NCBI GenBank assembly: GCA_963677105.1
Contig: OY781871.1
Location: forward strand, 360,001-392,000
DNA: 32,000 nucleotides
Origin: Candidatus Saccharimonadota bacterium
Lineage (GTDB): Bacteria; Patescibacteriota; Gracilibacteria; UBA4473
Direction: 5' to 3'
Positions 17,901-25,599 of the stretch are shown here, piece after piece (the first letter of the stretch is position 1; every line of letters begins with the position of its first letter). The notes under the pieces were generated by a model. That model saw only the letters and a program-made list of their open reading frames with translations, ran no database searches and had not been told where the DNA came from. A program made the translations under genes and the position numbers.

Positions 17901-18176
17901 TTTCAAGATTTGTTTATCGTTCGGTAAACAAATTACAGAAAACATTCAGTAATTTTCTAAAACACTCAATCGAAATTGAATGCTATTAAAAGACATTTGA
18001 TTTGCGTTCACTATCTCTAAGGAAATAAAAATAGTAAACATTTACTCCAATCTCATTAAATTGCTTAATTGAGACTGAAATTGACTCCAATTTCAATTAG
18101 AAATTGGAATTTAGGAATCTGTTCGTGTCAAAGATCCTTGCCATATCGCATTCACAATGAGCGCGACAGCCGGGAG

Positions 18177-18204
18177 ATATTATCCAGAAAACCACTGCTG
18201 TCAA
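18177..18204 (-). promoter_or_regulatory. Consensus-like sigma70 promoter (TTGACA-16-TAATAT) for the 23S-5S unit
   Basis: On the minus strand, TTGACA (18204-18199), 16-nt spacer, TAATAT (18182-18177). An A/T-rich UP-like tract lies upstream (ttcttcaaaaaaaga). About 270 nt upstream of the 23S 5' end. Confidence 0.65.
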
Positions 18205-18319
18205 TCTTTTTTTGAAGAAATTTCACTCCATAATTGCAAAGCTCTGTTGTGTCCACAAACAAGCCGAAAAAAAAGCTAGATAATTTATCATTAAACACTA
18301 TTTTTCTCCTTTGAAAAAC

Positions 18320-21106
18320 CTATGAACGATGCCGTAAGAAAAGAACCATTCCAAGTCCTGTAATAATTGCAAAAACTGCAAACCACCAAGAAGTCGAATT
18401 TCCTGTTTTAGGTGGAGCAGGGTGCTCCACTTTATCACAAAAAGGTGTACCAGCGACAATGATGCTTCCCGGTCCCTCTAATCCTTCTTGATCAATAGGT
18501 GTTACCTGAAAATACATTTCTACACACGGTTCAAGTCCGTCAACATACCACTGAGTTCTTGCATCTGGTGTCAGGTTTACATCAAACAAGGTTGTTTCAT
18601 TTTTTCCGAAATTTATACGATAATTTTTTATCCCTTTATCATCAACTGCCGGAGACCATAAAACAGTCACTCGTTTTTCCCCTGGCAACGTGTGTACACT
18701 CGATGCTGGTAATGGCGGAATATTTTCAGAAGATTCTATTATTAAATTTTTTACATCCGTCATTTCTACTCCTTCCTTACTCATTCCAATGAATTTCACG
18801 GGATACACTCCTGATGTTTCTGGCGCAATAAAAGGAACTGAAAAGTTTTTCGAATCAGACGAAGCCAAGCTGTACGTCTTTCCTGCAATTTCACAATTCA
18901 CCGAAGCAAGTTCGCTCAACGATTGAGCCGACGCAATAACTTCTGTTAAAGCAGGTATTTCTCCTTCTGAATCGAGAGCCGTAGCCCAATCACCAACCGT
19001 TAACATTTGTGTATCAACCATTTGATTTCCCTGCAAATCCGTCCCTACGCAATCCACTGGATAAATTCCTTGTGCTGCTGGAGCAAAAACTTTCGTTGAA
19101 AAGTTTTTCGAATCGGATGACGTCAAATTATATGTTTGACCCAAAAGTCCGCAACTCACACTTGATAACTCCCCAAAAGATTGCGCAAGAATTGTGGTTT
19201 CTGTAAGTGGCAACACTGAACCTGTTGGATCAAGTTCTACTGATAAACTTCCTACTTTTAATGTTCTTATTTCTGTTGTTTTATTTCCCTGTAGATCTGT
19301 CATAGTACACGGAACTGAATATTCTCCGAGACTTTCTGGTGCTTGAATTTCCGAAGAAAAGTTTTTTGAGTCTTTTGTCTCAAGCTCGTGCTCACTTCCT
19401 ATAAACTGACACGTAACATTGGATAATTTATTTAAAGAACGAACGTAAATAGTTGAATAAGTAAGTGGCAACACTGTTCCTTCTGGGATCAATTCCATCG
19501 TTCCCTGAAACCCTTCTACTAGGAGTGTTCCTGCGTTTGGGTCTGTGATTTTATTTCCTAATAAATCGATTAATGTCGTACTTATTGAATATTCTCCTTT
19601 CGAAAATGGTGCTAAACAAGTTTTTGAAAAGACTTTCGGTGTTTCCATTTCTAGATCACACTTTTGACCATCAATTTCAACACTTACTGAAGATAGTTCA
19701 TCTTCTGCTTCTATTGTAAAAAGCACATTCATTCCCGGAGACACTCCTTCTTTTGGAACAATTTCCAAAGACATAATTTTTGAGGGAGAACGGTCAATCG
19801 TTACTTGTACAACCTCTGACACAACTGTTGGATCTTCTACTGAAGTCGCCTGAAAAAGATGAATTCCTTCTGCCAATCGTGGTGTCTGATATACATATTT
19901 CCCAGAGGAATCCACCGGCAATGCGCTAATAAGTTCTGTTGGTCCATCTGTTAAGCGAACTAATGATGTTCCAACTGCGGTTCCCGAAATTGTGATACGA
20001 GAAGAGCTAAACGTAGACCCATTTACCGGAACATCTATTCTTACTTCTGGTGTCGGATCAGGAATTGCTACTACACCACTACTGTCTGAAACCGTAACGT
20101 TTCTTTCTCCTGAGATACGAAAATCTCCTAAATCATGAACGGCAATTGTTTGCATTCCGGGAGTCTGTAACATTACAGACAAATAAAACGTGTGCCATCC
20201 CTGATCTTCTGAAACAAACGTATAGTCATTTGGTAAGACTGCTCGATCATCACTCGAAGAAAATCGAATCGTTCCCGTGTAATTTGCGACAACTGCTCCA
20301 TCTGCATCTTTTGCTCCCACTCGTACGGTCATATTTTCTCCAGCAACTATTTCTGATTCCAAGTCTTCGATAGAAAAATAAGCTACTGGAACTTCTTCTT
20401 TCGGGTCTTCAAAAAGTTGCGCTTGTAAAAATTTCCCAATACCACTCGCTCCCATGGCTAAATTCCCTGTATTTGCTAAATGAAACACTAATTCTGTGCG
20501 CTCAAATAAAAGAACGTCTCCCACTAAAACTGAAATCGAAGAAACGCCTGGTGTATTTGAAGAAACTTTTACTATCACTTCTCCTTGCTCATTTGTTTCT
20601 GGAGCAGCGACAACAGAATCTTCTGCGCGCGAAGAAAACGCTCTCACTGGCGCATTTACAATTACATTTCCATGAGGATCTTTTGCTTGTACACGAATAC
20701 GCGCCACTTGCTCTCCATCTGCTGCAAGAGAAGAAATGTCAACTGATTGTGTAGAACGATATGCTGAAACGGATGACGGAGAAACGAAAAATTGTTCAGC
20801 AATTACATGTGAACTTTGTTCTCGACGAACCAGTAATTCATATGATCCTGCTTGGCGTACATGAAGTCCGTAAATGGAAAATGATGCAACTCCTAAGTCA
20901 TTTGCCGTAACATCTATTGATATTTTTGATTCATCTGGACGCACTAATAATAGTGATAGATTTTCGTTCTCAAGTAATCCAGAAACTCGTACTGGAATAT
21001 CTTTTCCCGCAATACTCGGAGAAATATTAATCCATGGACCAGCAGCAAATACTGTTCCCATGAGAACAAGACATGCAAGTGAAAGCCGAAAAAACAATTT
21101 TTTCAT
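18320..21106 (-). CDS. Large surface protein: signal peptide, Ig-like (Big-type) domains, four ~85-aa repeats, FN3 domain, sortase-type C-terminal sorting signal
   Basis: Preferred start is ATG 21106 (MKKLFFRLSLACLVLMGTVFAAGPW); the track extends to 21157 across a heptamer array. Four repeats carry the core S(V/N)xC...G..(Y/H).L...DSKNFS....AP...G.Y.V.C...DLQGN. The FN3-like segment is LPGEKRVTVLWSP...YRINFG. The C-terminus has PPKTG, then the hydrophobic stretch STSWWFAVFAIITGLGMVLFL, then RHRS. Confidence 0.8.
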   Translation of the reverse strand: MKKLFFRLSLACLVLMGTVFAAGPWINISPSIAGKDIPVRVSGLLENENLSLLLVRPDESKISIDVTANDLGVASFSIYGLHVRQAGSYELLVRREQSSHVIAEQFFVSPSSVSAYRSTQSVDISSLAADGEQVARIRVQAKDPHGNVIVNAPVRAFSSRAEDSVVAAPETNEQGEVIVKVSSNTPGVSSISVLVGDVLLFERTELVFHLANTGNLAMGASGIGKFLQAQLFEDPKEEVPVAYFSIEDLESEIVAGENMTVRVGAKDADGAVVANYTGTIRFSSSDDRAVLPNDYTFVSEDQGWHTFYLSVMLQTPGMQTIAVHDLGDFRISGERNVTVSDSSGVVAIPDPTPEVRIDVPVNGSTFSSSRITISGTAVGTSLVRLTDGPTELISALPVDSSGKYVYQTPRLAEGIHLFQATSVEDPTVVSEVVQVTIDRSPSKIMSLEIVPKEGVSPGMNVLFTIEAEDELSSVSVEIDGQKCDLEMETPKVFSKTCLAPFSKGEYSISTTLIDLLGNKITDPNAGTLLVEGFQGTMELIPEGTVLPLTYSTIYVRSLNKLSNVTCQFIGSEHELETKDSKNFSSEIQAPESLGEYSVPCTMTDLQGNKTTEIRTLKVGSLSVELDPTGSVLPLTETTILAQSFGELSSVSCGLLGQTYNLTSSDSKNFSTKVFAPAAQGIYPVDCVGTDLQGNQMVDTQMLTVGDWATALDSEGEIPALTEVIASAQSLSELASVNCEIAGKTYSLASSDSKNFSVPFIAPETSGVYPVKFIGMSKEGVEMTDVKNLIIESSENIPPLPASSVHTLPGEKRVTVLWSPAVDDKGIKNYRINFGKNETTLFDVNLTPDARTQWYVDGLEPCVEMYFQVTPIDQEGLEGPGSIIVAGTPFCDKVEHPAPPKTGNSTSWWFAVFAIITGLGMVLFLRHRS

Positions 21107-21144
21107 CAGAGGAATATTAGCATCGAAACACAATAGAAAGCAAG

Positions 21145-21179
21145 ATTCAAAGTACAAAGTGCAAAGTTCAATTTACAAA
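21145..21179 (-). repeat. Heptamer array e (read on minus strand): TTTGTAA ATTGAAC TTTGCAC TTTGTAC TTTGAAT
   Basis: 7-nt period. Lies 38 nt upstream of the surface-protein start (21106), in TTTG-sense relative to that gene. Confidence 0.85.
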
Positions 21180-21244
21180 CCTTAAATGAGAAAGAGTAAA
21201 CAAGGGAGACTTTTTTAAAATTATATTTGGAATAACAAAAAAAT

Positions 21245-21272
21245 TTTGTACTTTGATATTTGTTCTTTGTGT
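21245..21272 (+). repeat. Heptamer array f: TTTGTAC TTTGATA TTTGTTC TTTGTGT
   Basis: 7-nt period. Lies just distal to the rplL terminator and is inverted relative to array e. Confidence 0.8.
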
Positions 21273-21275
21273 TTT

Positions 21276-21311
21276 TAAAAAACTCCCATCTCATTGAGAT
21301 GGGAGTTTTTC
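21276..21311 (-). terminator. Rho-independent (bidirectional-type) terminator of rplJ-rplL
   Basis: ACTCCCATCTC-att-GAGATGGGAGT (11 bp), flanked by an A-run and a T-run. Confidence 0.85.
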
Positions 21312-21331
21312 TGTGTTCCTCCTTTTGGAAA

Positions 21332-21730
21332 TTATTCCAATTCAATTGTTGCTCCTGCGTCAACAAATTTCTTTTTCATTTCTTCTGCCTCATCTTTTTT
21401 CACGTTCTCTTTAATTGTTCCTCCGTTGTCAGCCAAAGCTTTTGCTTCACCAAGACCAAGTCCTGTGATTTCACGTACTACTTTGATAACAGCGATTTTT
21501 TGAGCTCCAGCATCTTTCAATACAACATTGAATGAAGATTTCTCTTCTGCTGCATCATCTCCTCCTGCTGCAACTGCTGCAACTGCAACTGGTGCTGCCG
21601 CTGTAATTCCATATTTCTCTTCGAAATATTTTGCTACATTGTTTGCTTCCACAACTGTTAATTTTTCAATTGCGTCTACTACTGATTGCTCGTTTTTTGC
21701 GAGCGCGATTGTTGTTGTTTCCTCTGTCAT
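21332..21730 (-). CDS. rplL: 50S ribosomal protein L7/L12
   Basis: Ala-rich hinge ([14 protein letters not shown]) and a C-terminal domain ([49 protein letters not shown]). Confidence 0.95.
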   Translation of the reverse strand: MTEETTTIALAKNEQSVVDAIEKLTVVEANNVAKYFEEKYGITAAAPVAVAAVAAGGDDAAEEKSSFNVVLKDAGAQKIAVIKVVREITGLGLGEAKALADNGGTIKENVKKDEAEEMKKKFVDAGATIELE

Positions 21731-21760
21731 TTTTAAAAAGGTAAAAGGGAAATAAATAAA

Positions 21761-22306
21761 TTATTGCGCGAATTTTTCTGCGTTCTCCATAACGTTATAT
21801 AATTTTGAGAACCCAGAGTTTAACACTGAGTGAAGTTTCTGTGGACCAGATTGCAACATTCCCACGATTTTTGCCAATGACTCTTCGCGAGTACATGTAT
21901 CAGCAAATTGAGCGGTTGCCGCTGCATCGAGGAATTTTCCCTCGAATAATGCTCCAGCAAAATCGAATTTCGAAAACTTCTCTTTTTTGTTGAAGTATTC
22001 TTTTTTCAATTTTTTGATCTCTTGAGCTGGCATTACCGCATCAGTAGCTGAAACGATAACTGCAACTGAACCCTCAAGATCATCTGCTGAAAATTCTCCG
22101 AGTCCTGCTTCCTTGGCTGCCAACGCCATCAAAGTTTTTTTGATAACTGTATATGACATCCCTTCTGCACGAAGAGCTCGTCGAACTGTCTGGACCTCTT
22201 CCACTGTCGCTTGGTCAAACCGCACAAATGCAACTCCCTGCGCATTTTGGAATTTTTCCAAAAGGGCTGCTAGCTGTCCGGATTTCTTCTGTTTTGAAGT
22301 AGCCAT
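21761..22306 (-). CDS. rplJ: 50S ribosomal protein L10
   Basis: 181 aa. FVRFDQATVEEVQTVRRALRAEGMSYTVIKKTL is typical of L10. Sits immediately upstream of rplL. Confidence 0.9.
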   Translation of the reverse strand: MATSKQKKSGQLAALLEKFQNAQGVAFVRFDQATVEEVQTVRRALRAEGMSYTVIKKTLMALAAKEAGLGEFSADDLEGSVAVIVSATDAVMPAQEIKKLKKEYFNKKEKFSKFDFAGALFEGKFLDAAATAQFADTCTREESLAKIVGMLQSGPQKLHSVLNSGFSKLYNVMENAEKFAQ

Positions 22307-22463
22307 GCTATTAATTAGAAAAAAAGTCTTCGATCGAAGACTTGAGAAAACTTATTGGGTGAAGCGGTCTACTGTAACGCCAATTCGTCGGCGTGCCGCT
22401 TCTCAATAGTGTTTGCCTCTAGCGAGCCTTATGTCCACAAGGAACTGCTTGCTGTCTTCGACC
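22307..22463 (-). promoter_or_regulatory. rplJ leader RNA (L10-leader-like) ending in an intrinsic-terminator attenuator
   Basis: GC-enriched structured leader with helix GAAGCGG...CCGCTTC (22361-22402) enclosing CGCC-gacgaatt-GGCG. A perfect hairpin AAGTCTTCGATCGAAGACTT (22324-22343) plus a 7-nt U-run lies 10-15 nt before the rplJ ATG. This arrangement matches L10(L12)4-controlled attenuation described in Firmicutes. Confidence 0.6.
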
Positions 22464-22469
22464 AACCGC

Positions 22470-22497
22470 ACAATAGGCGAGACGAAAGATATGTCAA
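22470..22497 (-). promoter_or_regulatory. Sigma70-type promoter of rplJ-rplL (TTGACA-16-TATTGT)
   Basis: On the minus strand, TTGACA (22497-22492), 16-nt spacer, TATTGT (22475-22470). Confidence 0.55.
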
Positions 22498-22770
22498 ACG
22501 TTTTTTTGTTTAAAACAAAATCCAAACTTAAATCTAAACTTAGAAAACATATTGACTTTTTTACTTTTTATGCTATTTTACGCTCACATTATTCGTAATA
22601 CAGATTTCATCGAGAAATACTGCATAACGAAATGCTCTTTAAAAATTTGGTGAAAATTATAGATGAATAAACGCCTCTTTGAGAATGCCTGGAAAAATAT
22701 ATCTGTACCAGGGACACAAAGAAGGAAGTCGAGCTTAAAAAATAGGGGTCTCGCCCCTTTAGGAGGAAAA

Positions 22771-23229
22771 ATGAGAAAATTATTATTAACATTATTAGTA
22801 TGGATGTTGTTAATTCCCAGCGTTTCTTTGTTCGCTAGTAATGATGGAGACAGAATATTTGTCTCTGGATATGGTTCTATTGATGAAACTGAAGGCGAAA
22901 AAAGTTACGTCTTTGAGGGCGTGAAATTCGCCTATGTTCGTCAATGGGAACAAGTGGTATTTCCAATTACAATCAACGACAAAGAATGCTCTGCATCGAC
23001 TGGTCTTGGCTTTGCCTACGACTGGATAAATGGAACCGAGGAGAAATTTGCAACAATATCACTTCTCGGCGGATATCACAAGAAAACCGAGAAACATGGA
23101 TACGGATGGTCTTGCGGACTTGATGTCGGTATTGAAGTCGGATGGTTCTATTTTTCTGAATACATCCGCTACGATAGCATATCAAATGGCATAAAAATAA
23201 GCCATGCTGTCGGAATTCCGCTGTTCTAG
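22771..23229 (+). CDS. Small secreted protein (152 aa), Gly/Tyr/Trp-rich, function unknown
   Basis: Strong RBS AGGAGG 5 nt before ATG 22771. Signal peptide MRKLLLTLLVWMLLIPSVSLFA|SNDG. The track ORF start at 22663 lacks both an RBS and a signal peptide. Confidence 0.65.
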   Translation: MRKLLLTLLVWMLLIPSVSLFASNDGDRIFVSGYGSIDETEGEKSYVFEGVKFAYVRQWEQVVFPITINDKECSASTGLGFAYDWINGTEEKFATISLLGGYHKKTEKHGYGWSCGLDVGIEVGWFYFSEYIRYDSISNGIKISHAVGIPLF

Positions 23230-23253
23230 TTCTAAAAATTTTTACCAAATACC

Positions 23254-23282
23254 AACCACCGGATTCGTTCGGTGGTTTTTTC
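23254..23282 (+). terminator. Rho-independent terminator in the convergent gap (mainly plus strand)
   Basis: AACCACCG-gattcgtt-CGGTGGTT, followed by TTTTT. Confidence 0.75.
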
Positions 23283-23283
23283 T

Positions 23284-23814
23284 TTATTTCAAAACTGTGG
23301 CTAACGCCGCCAAACTTGAAGCACTCGTTTCATATTCGCCGTGTAAAAATTCTTTCTGAACCACTTCTAAGTCTGCAACAAAAAATGGCTCAATCTGCTC
23401 TGAATCATCTAATTCGAGTTCTGAAGTTTTCTCACAATTTTTTGCAAAGAAAAAATAATACGTCATCTGACTTCCCGTTGCATCTGCTGCACATTTTCCT
23501 AGTGGAACAATTTCTTCAGCAACCAAACCTGTTTCCTCTCGTAATTCCCGAATTGCTGCTTTTATTGGCTCTTCATCGGAATCAACAAGTCCAGCAGGAA
23601 ATTCTAAAATTATCTTTCCACATCCGTGTTTGTAGGTTTTTTGCAGATAAATCTCCCCAGATTTTAATTGTGGAACAATCACCACAGCTGGATCTGAATG
23701 TCGAATAAACCAATCTGTTTCTGTGTCGTTTGGCAAAAGAACGCGTTGTTTTTCCACACGACAATACGGCTCATCAACAAGCATTTCTGAATCCAGAACT
23801 TTGAAAGGTTTCAT
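23284..23814 (-). CDS. NUDIX hydrolase (ADP-ribose pyrophosphatase-like)
   Basis: Nudix box G(x5)E(x7)REUxEExGU, seen as AGLVDSDEEPIKAAIRELREETGLVA. The preferred start ATG 23814 (MKPFKVLDSEMLVDEPY) is typical of the family; the track starts at TTG 23880. Confidence 0.85.
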   Translation of the reverse strand: MKPFKVLDSEMLVDEPYCRVEKQRVLLPNDTETDWFIRHSDPAVVIVPQLKSGEIYLQKTYKHGCGKIILEFPAGLVDSDEEPIKAAIRELREETGLVAEEIVPLGKCAADATGSQMTYYFFFAKNCEKTSELELDDSEQIEPFFVADLEVVQKEFLHGEYETSASSLAALATVLK

Positions 23815-24045
23815 CAAAAATAGTTTCTCTTGAATAGAAACAAAATTCAAATTAAAAAGTTGCATTTGTGCGCGCCGCAAAAAACGATTATTTGAAATGA
23901 ATGCTCAAATCGCCAAAGGCGATTTAATGAATGAGAATATTTCGTTTGCAAGCAATCAACAGCAACGAGCTTTTTTGTTTCTTTTTTCGCGGAGAAAAAA
24001 GAAAGGCGTTTTTAAAGATTTCTCCACTTTGGTCGAAATGACAAC

Positions 24046-24639
24046 CTAAGAACGATTCATTTTTTCAATAAACTCAACAACCATTTCTTTTCCCATTTTT
24101 TGATGCGCAGAAGTGATAAAATATTCCGGCATTCCGGTGAGATATTCCAACACGATTTTTTCATACTTTCGAACACTTTGATTCACCTGATTTTTTGAAA
24201 GTTTGTCTGCTTTTGTAAAAATAATAGAAAACGGAATTTCGTGTCGCACCAACCACGCCATAAACTCAACATCATTTATTTGTGGTGTGTGACGAATATC
24301 TATTAAAACGAAAAGATGTCGCAAGCTCGTTCGTCGCTCAATATATTGCAGAATCATTTCATTAAATTCATACATTTCCCCTTTTCCCACTTTTGCAAAT
24401 CCATATCCAGGTAAATCCACAAGATTCCACTTATTATCGATCAGAAAATGGTTTATCATCTGTGTTTTCCCCGGTTTCGCAGAAGTTTTAGCCAATTCTT
24501 TTTGATTCGTTAATGTATTGATTAAAGAAGATTTTCCTACATTTGATCGCCCAATAAATGCGTATTCTGGATATTTTTCTTCCGGACAATCATTGACTGT
24601 CAAACTTGATTTTACAAAAACAGCTTTATTAATGCTCAT
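24046..24639 (-). CDS. engB: Ribosome biogenesis GTPase EngB/YsxC
   Basis: G1 GRSNVGKSSLIN, G3 DLPGYGFAKV, G4 TKADK. The 197-aa size is typical. Confidence 0.92.
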   Translation of the reverse strand: MSINKAVFVKSSLTVNDCPEEKYPEYAFIGRSNVGKSSLINTLTNQKELAKTSAKPGKTQMINHFLIDNKWNLVDLPGYGFAKVGKGEMYEFNEMILQYIERRTSLRHLFVLIDIRHTPQINDVEFMAWLVRHEIPFSIIFTKADKLSKNQVNQSVRKYEKIVLEYLTGMPEYFITSAHQKMGKEMVVEFIEKMNRS

Positions 24640-24684
24640 CTATTATTTTTTACGAAAGAAGTGTGCCGATTGAAGAGAAAAAAA

Positions 24685-25599
24685 TCAATCTTCACGCTCT
24701 AAATCCTTAAATTTATGGAAAAAAATCCCTGGAACAAGAGATTCTGCGGTAACCATTTCTCCGTTTTTATCCGGATCAGGAAAAGTTAATGTTTCTGCGT
24801 GAAGCAAGAGTCTTTCGTGGAATTCTCCTCCGTATTTTGTATCTCCAATAATGGGAAACCCAATTGAAGATAAATGTACTCTAATTTGATGTGTTCGTCC
24901 GGTCGGAATACGTACTCTTAACATGGAACTTTTTTCGTCAACACTTAAGGCAATGCGTTCAAAATAACTTTCTGCATCTCTTGAGTCAGAACTTACAGAA
25001 ACAGACATTTTGGTTCTATTTTGAAAATCTCGTCCAATCGCCGCTTCAATTCTTCCTGCTTGAGGAGTTCTTCCTGACACAATCGCGCGATACCATTTTT
25101 CTGTCTCGCTCCAATGTTTTTGAAAATAACGAAGTGCGGCATCTGTTCTTGCAACAAGCAAAACTCCGGATGTTGGTTTATCTAATCGGTGTACGATTCC
25201 CGGACGCAAATATTCATCTGGAAATGACTTTTCCCATGCAGGAAATTGATGAACTAACGCATTTACGATTGTATGTTGGTCTGTGTCTGAAACGGATGGA
25301 TGAATGGAAATTCCAATTGGTTTTTCTATCACAATCCATGATTTCGATTCCGCTAATATTTTCAATGGAAAATCCCATGACTCAAGATTTGGTGACAATC
25401 CTGACGCTGGCTCGCAAGAAATGGTCCACAAATCGCCCAATATTGATTTTGCTTTATAAGAAGCCTTTTCTCCATTTCGCTGGAAAATTCCCGCTTTTTG
25501 CCAACGTGAACGAGAAAATTCCGGCACTAATTCTGCAGCCAACACATCCATGCGTTTTCCTGCTTGCTTTTCTGAAATGGTAAATGTTAACTCAGTCAT
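24685..25599 (-). CDS. rluD: RluA-family pseudouridine synthase (RluD-like, S4-type N-terminus)
   Basis: Catalytic HRLDKPTSGVLLVART motif and GRTHQIRVHL motif. Its start overlaps the murJ stop by 4 nt (ATGA). Confidence 0.85.
   Translation of the reverse strand: MTELTFTISEKQAGKRMDVLAAELVPEFSRSRWQKAGIFQRNGEKASYKAKSILGDLWTISCEPASGLSPNLESWDFPLKILAESKSWIVIEKPIGISIHPSVSDTDQHTIVNALVHQFPAWEKSFPDEYLRPGIVHRLDKPTSGVLLVARTDAALRYFQKHWSETEKWYRAIVSGRTPQAGRIEAAIGRDFQNRTKMSVSVSSDSRDAESYFERIALSVDEKSSMLRVRIPTGRTHQIRVHLSSIGFPIIGDTKYGGEFHERLLLHAETLTFPDPDKNGEMVTAESLVPGIFFHKFKDLERED

Noticed and set aside
21106-21535. ORFs 21106-21366 (-), 21260-21535 (+) and 21294-21503 (+), and the 5' extension of the surface-protein ORF to 21157
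   Set aside because: They run through heptamer arrays, the rplL terminator or antisense to rplL. The surface protein has a clean signal peptide starting at ATG 21106.
22771-23229. Outer-membrane beta-barrel interpretation of the 152-aa secreted protein (C-terminal Phe, Gly/aromatic-rich)
   Set aside because: The last ten residues (ISHAVGIPLF) do not show the alternating hydrophobic pattern of the OMP C-terminal signature. I cannot count amphipathic strands reliably by eye, so it is left as a hypothetical secreted protein.
23881-24045. Hairpins in the engB-NUDIX spacer (AAATCGCC-aaa-GGCGATTT near 23908-23927; TTCTTTTTTC-gcgga-GAAAAAAGAA near 23980-24004) as terminators or a small RNA
   Set aside because: Both are perfect stems but lack a convincing U-tract in the engB direction. 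Without comparative or expression data I cannot assign a function. They may be weak terminators of the murJ-rluD-engB unit.
24891-25583. 230-aa plus-strand ORF
   Set aside because: Fully antisense to the well-supported rluD-like gene. The same reasoning applies to 5612-6046 (antisense to pyrF), 30524-31087 (antisense to ruvC), and the many short ORFs antisense to alaS, thrS, murJ and the two large surface-protein genes.
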